Source: a virus
Length of the DNA: 64,000 nucleotides
Virus record (IMG/VR): IMGVR_UViG_3300045988_079613
Direction: 5' to 3' (one strand)
Shown here in pieces: positions 25,674-36,563 of this stretch. The notes below the pieces were generated by a model. The model did no database searches, was not told where the DNA came from, and saw only the letters and a program-made list of their open reading frames with translations. Position 1 is the stretch's first letter. Each line of letters opens with the position of its first letter. Both the position numbers and the translations under genes were made by a program.

Positions 25674-28600
25674 TTATACTAATGAGTATCTATATGTTGT
25701 ATTAATATTTGGAAGATTGAAATTATGTTGATTATCACAATTAATAGTATAATCACATATCAAATATTTGCCTCTTAACCTACCAGGCAATGATAATTCA
25801 TCTTCATGAGTGCCTTCTCGACCTATAGCAAACCTATAAGTATCTTCTCTATAATCTATAGCATATCCTCCAGTTAGATAGTTTTCCTATATAGTACCAA
25901 CCTAATTCTTAGTAGTAAACTTTGCATCTATTAACATGCTATTTATATCTCTGAACTAGCCACTGAAAAAAACATTATCAAATGTTTTAGTTACTAATGG
26001 ATCTTTATTAACCACATACTGTAACTTAGACTACATAGTATTTAACGGAAAATCTGCATTTTCCATTATCTTATTATTGTATATATACAATAACTTATCA
26101 GAAAATCTGAGATGAGCTTTAGGATTAAACGTATAAAATGAAGTAAACCTCTAAGTATATTCATTAAATACTAATACTGCATTATCGAAGCACATCTGTA
26201 CTTCATTAAATTTGTTATCATATATGCTGGTACGTACTTGAATATCTGGATTATTATTCAAGTAAGTCTATACATTTTTTTCTTTAGATAACTTATGTAT
26301 TCTATCAGAAAAAGAACATATCTCATTCTTGTCCGTATCGTACCAATATAGAGAAGCATCTGATGCTACTATACTCTAATCATTAGATATAGAAGATCCA
26401 TTATTAGTAGATACATAATCGTACCTAGTAAGGATTCCTCCAGTACCTAAAGTAAGAGTACTAACATTATTGTCTGTAATCAAAGATCTATCATTTACAG
26501 ATGCTATTCCTAATGCAGAATCTTGCCAGAAGAATAACTTATCTCCGAAAGCTTTCATATTAGTAACCGGTCCGTATTGACTATCTACTTCCATATAATT
26601 GGCAGGTTTAAACTAAGCCCAACTATCTGTAATCTCATTAGCAGTTTTAGTCTCAGAATAAATTATTTTGTTCGGCAATCTTAAGTTAGCCATAGAAGTA
26701 GTAGAATCTGCCACATACATCTGTGTACTAGGCTATAACGAGTAGACATCATTATATGCATAATATGGTTTAGTCTAATTAGAAAAACCTAAACTATGTA
26801 TATAATTAGTTAAATACGGATTGGGACAATTTCCTCTTTGTCTACTCATACTTTCACCATAAGCAAGGTTTAGATTAATGGTAGTTTCTAACGGAATGTA
26901 ATCACTTAAACTTACTTTAGTTTGTCTACTATCATACTTTCCTCCTCCTTGTCCATCTGCAATAGGTGATCCAGTTCTATGGTCTAATACTCCAAGATAA
27001 GTATCTCCTCCAAATACATAGTTAACATTACTATCTGCTTCAGATATTAACTTATATGATGACGTGGATATATACGTAGAATTGCTTCTAGCATTATAAT
27101 TATTACCTCCATAAGGAACAACTCTCCTTTTTATATTTACTACAGGAGTTGAGAAAGGAGTATGATTATAGAAATTTATCAAATTCTTAACCCCTTCCCC
27201 CACAGCTATCTTATCGTCTACAGCAATAGAATGTTGTCTAGGAAAATAACCATTTAGTTCTACTACAGCACAACTTCCGAAGTAACACATTTTTGCACTA
27301 AGCCAGTCAAACTATTCCTAGTTATTCCACATAACTCCAAAATTTAAATAGGAACGTGATCCTATGCCTCTATAGTAAGCTTGAATATTACCTAATTCTC
27401 CATTAGGTATAATAGGAGTAGTTATTGCTCTATTTATGTCAAATTGTATTCTATTTCCACCCTATAAATTCTGATAGTGAGTGATATACCTTTTCCCTAT
27501 CATATTAACTACCATCTCGTCATCATCAGAACTATCCATATTAACCGCATTATAGAAGAATCCATCTTGTTTGAATATTGATCCTAAGAAACTTGGTTGA
27601 ACGTAGGCAGTCTATGTGTTCATAGCATATGTCTGATACGGAGTCTGAAAATACTTAACAAATCCCTCTAACTTTATATTTTGGTTGTTTAATACAGGTA
27701 TAATTCTAGTAGTGTTAGGCATTCTAGTGTCACACCAATGACACAAGTCTAGATAAGTATTGTCACCTAATTCAGATATAACTTCATCGCCTGTAAAATC
27801 TATTTCTGGAGTTATTAAACTGAATATATTTTTAACTATACGATCCTAATTTAAATAAAGTTCTCCGTCTCTATAAGTAGTAGGTGCGTTATAGAAACTA
27901 ACACCTCCACATATAGACATGTTAGTATCTGTAACTCCAAGAGGTATTCTAGGTCTTGTATCCATTTCACTTTTTAGCCATGTACCTGTAGTAGCATTAG
28001 GCCAAGGAAATGCAGTAGTATCTGACAGTATACCCTACATTAATACAGTTCTATCTTCTGCTGTTCTTTTGCATCTTACTATTTCGTATGCCACAGCTCC
28101 GTCCGGAAAATTCTTTATATTAAACTTAACCCCTATAGCTTTACCTATAAATTCCTATGTAATAGAATTAGTAAGATCTCCATTTACAAACGACATGTAA
28201 AAATACCAAGGAGATACTTCAAATGAATGCGGGAATTTGATATCTGCTATCCAGTAAACAGGACTAGCAACATTCTTATTATTAAAAAATATTATACCAA
28301 ATCTGTATATTTCGTCTCTCTAATACCCTTTATATTTTGAATCTATATAAGGGTCGCAATAATTAGGTATTCTTTGTTTTACTTCAGGGTATTTTACTAC
28401 AATGTTACTACCATCACTAATCTGATGTATTATTTTTCCTTCGTCCTATTTCCTAGGTACACTCATGAAATTATAATCTAGAGTGGTATCTAACATTATG
28501 TCTGTAGTTATAAACTCATAATCTATATTTAAACCAGTACCACCTAATACCGGTAACTGTTCTGAAGAAGACTTAAATTTATATTTTGAAACAGTATTAT

Positions 28601-29846
28601 CATTAAGCTTATAATCTGATAAGTTTAATGGACACATACAATCATGTTTTTTATCTATAGATGATAATACCTACTTTAAAGTACTATCTGTAGGAGTAAC
28701 AGATATACTAGATCCTGAATCAGCTGCCTATAATATTAACTTGTTACTTCCAGTAAATCTATACGACCTAGCATCATACTCTTCTCCATTTATCATTGGT
28801 TTCCAAGTAGTTTCTCTGACATCTGCAGCAAACAATATATTATCTTTCTTTTCTAGAGTAGCTACAGTGAAATCACTACCGATGTTAGCGTTAAATTCTT
28901 CTATAGTTACAGTATTCAACGTTTTATTACCTAAATCGGTATATGTTAAAGAATTACCGGAAGGTAAATCTATTTCGTCAATAACATCTATATTAGCTAT
29001 TTCGGTATTATCCACGTATTGTATTCTTACTATTCTACACTTGTCAAATAATCCAGAAACTACATTAGATAAATCAATTACAATATTAGCACTTTTGCCA
29101 GTATTGACATCTTTATTTACTCCTTGATATTCTGCAGAATCGGTAGTAGTATTACTAGATGTTAAGTGCATAGTGTTGCTAGCAGGAGCATATCCAGTAC
29201 TAGAACCTCTTTCATTATATAACTGATAAGTGTACTATACTTGTCCAGATAATAATGACCCATTAGTTCCAAGACTAACTATTTTAGGAGCAACTAGCAA
29301 TGTGCTTGGTATTATGTCCAACGAATCCGGATTCTTTATATTACCTTCTTCATCTAATGCTGGATTAGCACCTTCAGAGTTTTGTACGTATCTATCGCTC
29401 ATTATATTTAGTGATCTAATACTACTCTCTCCATCTGTAAAATACATTTTAATAATAGAATCAGATTCATAGTTAGCAACTATTTTAACTCTGCTAAATC
29501 TGTTATAATTAAGTCTTCCTTTTAATACTAGTGTGTGCTGTATTAATCCTTCTTCGTAACCCTCTACTCTATATATTCTAGTTATACCATATGGATCTGC
29601 AGTGAGTATGATACCATATTGATTAATTATGGCTGTAGCTAATACTACCTCGTCACTATCCATAAAATCACCACCTTGTATTAATCTAGTGCTTTGTATA
29701 TTCTAAAGTACTCCACTAGTACCATCTTTATTAGTAAGGATACGTACATTTTCTGCATACCTGTATTGTGATTCTGGTATAGCAGTAATATCAATATCCA
29801 AATTCATCCCTTCGATGAAACTATTCGTCTAGAAAGTATTACTCAT
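25674..29846 (-). CDS. Large tail structural protein, 1390 aa
   Basis: Track ORFs 26376..26594, 26775..27290, 28446..28637, 28728..29171 and 29235..29663 are co-framed. About 24 in-frame TAG. ATG at 29844-29846, TAA at 25674-25676. Confidence 0.6.
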
Positions 29847-30561
29847 AACATTTCCTTTCTGTATATTTCCATTTATACCCACCAGCTGTTTTATGAATTT
29901 TTTTCAAACTAAGAACAGATTGTATAGCAGTTTTAGCGATTCCTGTACATTTACTAGCACAACGTATAGATTTATAAGTATTCACTAAAACGTCGTCTCT
30001 AGTAAACTGAGACACAGGTTTACAATTTGCATATACTTCTTTTCTAGTCCAACTTCCGATATTCTAAGTTTTATTGTAACTCCACTAAAAACCTTTGTAT
30101 GATTTTTTATTCTTTCTGTGCTCACAACAACCTTTAATGTTGTCAACATAACCGTTTATTGATTTTGCTGCAATTAATAAATTATCATAACTACATATGT
30201 AATTTCCATTCATATCATAACAGTGTACCTATTTTCCACTAACTTTATTTATATTATAATTTCCACACTGTTCAATATACTTATTCTCTAAAAATTTAAT
30301 AGTGCTACGATTGTCTTCACATTCTTCTAGTATTATAAATGAGAATTTATCTATACCGAATATATCTACAGCGTTCTATAAATTTATATTGTGACATTTT
30401 CCACAAGAAAGATTCTACAAATGAAAACCCAATCTATTTTTTATATTTGTTGAAGATCCAACGTACATGTTATTATCTATATCATTTCGTATAGCGTATA
30501 TTCCACAACAGAAGTTACGAATTGAATTTATATTTTTTCTGGTAAATTTATAACATTTCAT
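29839..30561 (-). CDS. GIY-YIG homing endonuclease (free-standing), 240 aa
   Basis: GIYAIRN..MYVGSSTNIKNRLGFH N-terminal GIY-YIG motif, then two NUMOD1/IENR-like helix-turn-helix repeats. 5 in-frame TAG. Sits between two intact genes, with a TAATATG junction upstream and an 8-nt overlap downstream. Confidence 0.7.
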
Positions 30562-30562
30562 A

Positions 30563-31480
30563 TTAGTAATTATTCTAGTTATATATCTATTGTTCCTCAC
30601 CCAAATGTTCAAAAAAGCTATCGTGTTCTCCTAATTCTGGATATAAACGGTTCCACTAATTTTGAATACTATGAAGTTCGTCTGGACCAGGCATCATAGC
30701 TTCAGCATAAGCCTATCTTCTGTAGAAGTTCCAAGAGTTTTTCATATCGTAATATATATTCTATGACATCTACCCTTTCAAATATTTAGGATAAGATAAT
30801 TTCATCGCTACATACCAGAATATGGCTTCAAAATAGGAAGGATTGTCAGGTATCATAGGCATACTATCTTCATCCGTAAATATTGCATGATAAGATATCT
30901 TCACCCAACCACATGGAACGTTAACTGTAATATATCCTGGTTTAGTAGAATACTAAAGAGTACTATTCATTACAGAAGGGTTACCGGGTATTAATCTACC
31001 ATTTACACTAGGTATAGTATACTGATTTACTAGAGCGCTTAGTGTATTTCTTATGTTAGGATCAGAATTAAGTATCTTTAAAGCATCCTTATCTTCTATT
31101 ACATTATACAGATTCTTTACTAGTGGTAATAAAGCATCATTTTTTACCAACATTTCTGGATTACAATTGTCATTGCAACACTTCTTATATATACCAAAAG
31201 AGTTAGTCACCTTTCTCATTGGTAACCAACCGCAATCGTTGTTAAATGAAAATGCAACCTAATTCATTCTATACAGATCACATGGTAATTTAGCTTGATA
31301 ATTCTCAATTGGAATATTAACTACTTTATGTTCTAGTTGCTATATGGCACCTATTTTTTCCATAGCTTCACCAATCCATTCGGAAATGTCTGTTATTTTT
31401 ATTTCATCTTCTTTTAGATCTAAATCGGCTATGATTTTAGCTAACACAGCCTTTGAACTAACTAATCTATTATCTATCAT
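30563..31480 (-). CDS. Structural hypothetical protein, 305 aa
   Basis: Contains track ORF 30953..31219. About 9 in-frame TAG. ATG at 31478-31480, TAA at 30563-30565. Confidence 0.55.
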
Positions 31481-31485
31481 AACCG

Positions 31486-31932
31486 TTATTTGATTTCTAG
31501 GTAATCGTATTCTTTATTCTTAATTATTTGAGCTAATCTTCTTTTATTGGCTCTAGTTGCTACAAACTAATATCTTGTTTTATTAGTTAATAATGATTCT
31601 TTTTTAGACCACAAAAATCTGTACTTAAAATAATTGGAATGTTCATTAATAAAATAAACAGCTTTACCCTGTATAGCACTTTCATGATAGTCTATTCTAA
31701 GACTCTTGTTATCAAAGTTTTTAGGCTATCTCTTAACAATACTTAAGTACCCTAATCTACACGGTAATCTAAATTCTTTACTATGCTCCATTATTTCTTC
31801 TACTATAAATCTAAAGTAATCTTCAACTATCTGTCTATATACTTTGTAGTCAACATCGTATACAGTATTTCTTTCTATATTAGATAAGTAGAACTAATAG
31901 AAGTCCATTATAGTATATGATTTCTTATTCAT
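31486..31932 (-). CDS. Hypothetical protein, 148 aa (weak HU/IHF-like resemblance)
   Basis: Absent from the track because of 3 in-frame TAG. The ATG overlaps the upstream TAA (TAATG). The LPCRLGYLSIVKR segment resembles the HU/IHF beta-arm, but the functional call is weak. Confidence 0.45.
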
Positions 31933-32588
31933 TATTGCTATTGTTTATATATGTTCTACATATCGTCATTAGAGTTATTAGTAGTATCCGTAGGCATCTT
32001 AGGCATAACATTCAGCTCTTTACTGAATATAAGATCTTTTATAGTAGGAATCATATGTGCTGGTGCTGGATACGGCCCGTCCGGATCAAAGCATTCATTA
32101 GCATCTGCAGGATTCTCTAGTATAACATCAGCCTCTATATATTCTAACTGATTGTTACCTCCTTCTACGTATATACGACTGTCTTTTAAGTAAGCAATAT
32201 AATCCTTACATGTATATTTTCTATACTTCTAAAGTTTCATTTTGGACTCACTACCTAACTATATCAGATTACCATACATATCCTTTACAGAAACTAGACC
32301 TGTTCTGAAGTGAAAGTCTATGAGTTTAGGTAACGTTATATCACTAACATATACAAAGTGACCTGGTATACACTCTTTCCTTTCTAAGTGTATACATCTA
32401 ATAGTTTGAACATACATGGGATTGATATCTCTACCCTTATCTATGTCTTGCTTAATTAGTAAAGCTCGGTAATTGTTAATCCATTGCTCTATCTATATTC
32501 TACTTATGTGTTCTGATTCAGAAACAGAACTATTGCGCAATTCAAGTAAAATATCATCAATAACAGTATTCAATGTGTTTAATTTCAT
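31932..32588 (-). CDS. Structural hypothetical protein, 218 aa
   Basis: Absent from the track because of 5 in-frame TAG. ATG at 32586-32588, TAA at 31932-31934. The read-through translation is coherent. Confidence 0.5.
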
Positions 32589-32699
32589 AATGCATTATTT
32601 ATTAAATATATCTATAACGTATTTTAAGGACTTTTTAGACACTTTATATGTAAAGTAGTACAATTGACAAGATATAGTAATAGCGTTTAAATAAAAGGC

Positions 32700-32731
32700 T
32701 TAAAATAAAAAAGGCTAGTATTAACTAGCCT
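32700..32731 (-). terminator. Rho-independent terminator
   Basis: Hairpin AGGCTAGT-loop-ACTAGCCT (32712-32731), followed on the minus strand by TTTTTTATTTT. The upstream gene's TAA lies in the loop. Confidence 0.7.
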
Positions 32732-33287
32732 CATTCATTGCTTTTTGCATATTCTATGGTAACATCTATTTCATCTAAGGTGGAACCATATTTCCTGCTT
32801 GTTTTATCAAATTCTTAAGTTCACCTACCTGATCTTGTAGTTCCTTTATTCTAGGATCTTCTTTATCAGGTTCTTTGTCATTATAATCTAACTACTTTAA
32901 TATTGATTCACATTTTGCCATTTCTTCGTCATACTTTGCCATTGCTTCTTTTTTAGCTTTACACTCATCGTAGTTAGCTTTAACCATATTAATTATTTGT
33001 TGTTTATCAGTTGCTACTGTTAAACCTATTGAACCATCTGTTACTATTGACTTGTTATCTTCTACAGATAACTTCTTTGATTCTCCATCACAGCTGATTA
33101 CTATGTCTACTAACTTCTTTCTAGTCTAGTTAGGCATAGGAAACTACTATGGTGGTAATGGTTCATCATATACTTTGGACACATTGGTAACCATTCCTTT
33201 ATAGTATGTAGTACTCTTCTTAAAAGTACCAACTACTTCAAGTACATGGATAGGTTCTCCAATGTTTAATTGTGAAAATGTAATCAT
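32721..33287 (-). CDS. Hypothetical protein, 188 aa
   Basis: Absent from the track because of 7 in-frame TAG. ATG at 33285-33287, TAA at 32721-32723. Confidence 0.5.
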
Positions 33288-33306
33288 AATAAGTACTTGT
33301 TTTTAT

Positions 33307-33326
33307 AAGGGCTCCGAAGAGCCCTT
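33307..33326 (-). terminator. Stable hairpin with a UUCG tetraloop (terminator-like, no clear U-run)
   Basis: AAGGGCTC-TTCG-GAGCCCTT on the minus strand, immediately after TAA 33331-33333. Confidence 0.4.
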
Positions 33327-33330
33327 GTTG

Positions 33331-33774
33331 TTAAGCTGCAGGAGCTGCAGTTGGTGTTACAATGTGGTTGACTACTTGGAATATTCCATTACACTTATTA
33401 TAGTATACGAAATATTTATTTCCAACTGTAACCTCTTGATTAACCATCTGTTCTCCAGAACCGTTTATTAACTATTTTCCACCAGCAGAAATGTTACTTG
33501 AAGTATTAGCATTAGAACTAGTATGAGTAGGATCTATTAAGATAGGAGCTTCTGCAGGAGTACCAGCAGCTGGAGCATGCTGTACATTCAAAAGTAATAT
33601 ACCTTCATTTGGTAATTGCCTCCATTGATATGGACACAAACCGTAAGTAACCTGGTTGGCTTCAGTATCTGTAGTCACGTAAATTGTACGTGCTACAGGT
33701 ATACCGGCTCTATCTAATCTCTATACATTATTTCTACGGGGAAATCCGTAACCGAAATTATAGAAAGGATACAT
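33331..33774 (-). CDS. Hypothetical protein, 147 aa
   Basis: Extends track ORF 33472..33678 through 2 TAG. The ATG at 33772-33774 is preceded by AAGGAGGT with 5-nt spacing. I saw no comparable Shine-Dalgarno sequence at the few other gene starts I checked. Confidence 0.55.
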
Positions 33775-33790
33775 AATTACCTCCTTTCTA

Positions 33791-34639
33791 TTAGCAACCA
33801 CATCCATCGTTGTATCCGAATGCTCCATACGCGCCATAGCAGCAGTTAGGATTCGGAACTACGTATGCAGGAGTAGGACACGGAGTCTTTAATTGAGAAA
33901 CAATATTAGCTGTCTGAGCTTGAGTAAGGGCTGCTGCTTCTAGAGCTGCTTTTTCACTACGCAATGTATCAATCTTGCTTTGCATTTCACGCATTTCAAG
34001 CTGACAGAATTTATCGTTGATTATTTGAGTTTGAGCGTCTATTTTAGCACCCAAAATATTAAATTGAGTATTAGCGTTGCTAGTCAGAGTATTCGTCTGG
34101 TTTACTATAGCTAACTGACTTTCATAACCCTGAGTAGTTATAGCATTACGAATATCGCAGCAGCAAGAAGCCAACTGAGATGCAAGGCTTGCATTACCGC
34201 TCTGGATAGCGTTGATTACTTGTGCACCTGTCAATTTAGTATCACAAGCGATCTGGCTAACACTAGTATTAATAGTGTTCAGTGCATTCTGTACTGCATT
34301 AATATCACAATTCAAAGTATTAGACAAAGTAGCGATAGCTTCTTTGTTACCATTGATTGCTTGCATTAGCAGATTAGTGTTGGCATCAGTATTTAATTGA
34401 GAAGCAAGCTGTGAAGCTTCACCGCTTCTGTTACCGAAGCCATTACCACCCCAACCGCCCCAAACAAAGAACAGTAAGATGATCCAGATCCACCAACAAC
34501 CGTTGCCACCGAAACCTCCATTGTTATTCATCATAGCCATGAGAGCTGCAGGGTCCATACTTTTATTACCATTCTGCATTAATGCAGCTAGACCAGCGTC
34601 AAAACCACGGTCTTGAACAATAATTTTATCTTCTAACAT
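33791..34639 (-). CDS. Membrane-anchored Gln/Asn-rich protein with a Cys-rich C-terminus, TAG-free
   Basis: 282 aa. Hydrophobic WWIWIILLFFVW segment, a long Q/N/A-rich helical region, and a C-terminal NPNCCYGAYGAFGYNDGCGC. Every Gln is CAA or CAG. Visibly GC-richer than its neighbours. Confidence 0.7.
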   Translation of the reverse strand: MLEDKIIVQDRGFDAGLAALMQNGNKSMDPAALMAMMNNNGGFGGNGCWWIWIILLFFVWGGWGGNGFGNRSGEASQLASQLNTDANTNLLMQAINGNKEAIATLSNTLNCDINAVQNALNTINTSVSQIACDTKLTGAQVINAIQSGNASLASQLASCCCDIRNAITTQGYESQLAIVNQTNTLTSNANTQFNILGAKIDAQTQIINDKFCQLEMREMQSKIDTLRSEKAALEAAALTQAQTANIVSQLKTPCPTPAYVVPNPNCCYGAYGAFGYNDGCGC

Positions 34640-34671
34640 AATTGATTTTATTTAGGATTGATTTAATTTGA

Positions 34672-35274
34672 TTAATATCTAATGTAGCGCACAGAACGAC
34701 CACGTTTGAATTCTTCTTCCATAGGAAAGGATTTTTCTCTTTCTCTCTCCTTCTCAAAGTCTCTTTCATCGTATTCTCTGTCGTATTCTCTACGTCTACC
34801 ATATGAAGATCTACCCATTCTACGGTAGTTTCCATAACGTTCCTCTTCGTCATCATCTTCGTACTTGCTGTAATGTCTTTCATAAAGATCTTCTTCAGCG
34901 TTTCTAATCTTATCACACATGACATAAATATAGTAGAACCACATCTTACCTTCATCTATATCTTTGTCACAGATCCAAGCTTTAGCTAATTCTACGAAGA
35001 ACTTCGTATTGTTAGTGCCGGTAATGTTAACAATGACACGATAGTAATCAGAGTATACCATATTCAATGCAACGTACCAATCATATTTGTTTATCTTTTC
35101 ATCTAAACGAATACCATATTGATTAGCTAATGCTGTAGTTTCTTCTAATGACCAATGTTGACCTCTTGTTCCGTCTTCATTTTCCATTTTATTTACAGCT
35201 TTACGAGCATGTTCTTCATTGAAATGAGGACCGTGTTCAGCTTCATAAGCTTTTGTACGGATTATTCTATGCAT
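34672..35274 (-). CDS. Hypothetical protein with an Arg/Glu/Asp/Tyr-rich tail, TAG-free
   Basis: 200 aa, uninterrupted, TAA stop. C-terminal RREYDREYDERDFEKEREREK low-complexity tail. Confidence 0.65.
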   Translation of the reverse strand: MHRIIRTKAYEAEHGPHFNEEHARKAVNKMENEDGTRGQHWSLEETTALANQYGIRLDEKINKYDWYVALNMVYSDYYRVIVNITGTNNTKFFVELAKAWICDKDIDEGKMWFYYIYVMCDKIRNAEEDLYERHYSKYEDDDEEERYGNYRRMGRSSYGRRREYDREYDERDFEKEREREKSFPMEEEFKRGRSVRYIRY

Positions 35275-35309
35275 ATTATTATTGATTAATTTATGTTTAT
35301 AATAATAGT

Positions 35310-35948
35310 TTATTTGATTTCTATTATTCTGGTATCAGTTACTTTGATAAGTTTATTGGAATTATCTATAGTAAATTTGCGAATTTTATCTTTTTTAAAG
35401 TCAAAGTGAAAGAACCTGGACAGCCACGATTTGTACTAATTACGATACACTTTTTTTTCTTCTATGAACAATGTCTAAGCATTCTTCAAATCTAATGTGA
35501 CTGATAAGATTGAATCTTTTCTACTTACTATGATTGTCGTTAATTTATTGAGTTTTAACTTCTTACTAAAATCTGATTCTTTTGTTTGGATTACTGTTTT
35601 GATTGAATCCTTTACTTCTGTATTGATTACTTGAGCTTGTACCAGGTTCTTATCTTTAACTTTTAATTTCTTTTTGGTTTCATTAAGCTATTCAATTATA
35701 CTGTCTTTACTACATTTTAACTAATCTATAGTAAGCTATAATGTTCTATTAGCCTAATCTTTCTTGTCAAATAGAGATTCATAGTAACTAGTATTATTAA
35801 CTAGCCTAGCTATCTCTGCATCCTTTTTTTTCAGTTGGTTGTACATAAAAAAAGCACTTACCGTTAGAATACATATGAAACTTATGGTAAGTGCTTTGAA
35901 ATTTCCTTTCAACCAATTAACTACTGTGAGTATTGCTGTTATTATCAT
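35310..35948 (-). CDS. N-terminal transmembrane plus coiled-coil protein (i-spanin-like), 212 aa
   Basis: Extends track ORF 35754..35948 through 6 TAG to TAA 35310-35312. TM segment ALTISFICILTVSAFFMY, then a K/E/L-rich helical region. Overlaps the holin 3' end by 32 nt. Confidence 0.5.
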
Positions 35949-36450
35949 TATTGGTATTTTTTAAATCATTAATGTCAATATCTACTCCGAGATATTTCTC
36001 ACCTTTAGATTTGATAACCTTTCCTAAAACTTTTTCTATTACTTTACAAATCTTGCAATCTGGATGTAAATCTTTCATAGATTCAAGCCAAGATATAAAC
36101 TCTGTTCCACATATCATACCAGATATAAACTCTACAGCATGCAAATCTATAGAAGTAACTATACTAGTATCTATTACATGTGCTCCTGCTATCAACAGTA
36201 CAGCCTCAAATAACTTATTTATAGTCTTCCATAATTTGTAGTACTCTATCTACTTATGACCATACTTACGAGAAACTTTATAACCAAGAATTACATCTAC
36301 AATGATAAATAAACATACGCAAACAACAGTTACTGAAATTGGTGTAAAGTAGCTAGTGATTCCCGCTAGTATTCCAGCAGATGTTTTTTGTGCACTGCTG
36401 AACATACTTTTTAATAGTGTCATAACCGGATCTCCTATATTGTGAATCAT
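35917..36450 (-). CDS. Holin (Phage_holin_4_1-like), 177 aa, needs one TAG read-through
   Basis: Track ORFs 36250..36450 and 35917..36195 are co-framed and joined by a single TAG at 36250-36252. The fused protein has TM helices and a VDVILGY..K..G..K...LLIAGAHVID layout typical of that holin family. Confidence 0.6.
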
Positions 36451-36463
36451 AGCAAGTGTTTTG

Positions 36464-36500
36464 AAAAGTAAAACCCTAGCTGATAATTAGTCTGCCAGGG
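36464..36500 (-). terminator. Rho-independent terminator between the DGR RT and the holin
   Basis: On the minus strand, CCCTGGC-13 nt loop-GCTAGGG (one G-U pair) followed by TTTTACTTTTC. It ends about 15 nt before the holin ATG. Confidence 0.5.
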
Positions 36501-36563
36501 CTGATAATATTGTTTTGATATACTTATAAAACGTATATATTTATATATAGTTTCTTAGTCTAA

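Noticed and set aside
3851-29846. Fragmented minus-strand ORFs as evidence of a decayed, pseudogenised prophage
   Set aside because: The interruptions are exclusively TAG, the frame is always preserved, and conserved motifs and G-X-Y repeats continue across them. This pattern indicates recoding, not decay.
34626-34955. 109-aa minus ORF overlapping 34672..35274
   Set aside because: It is an alternative frame of a better-supported gene with a proper ATG and TAA and a coherent sequence. It has no independent support.
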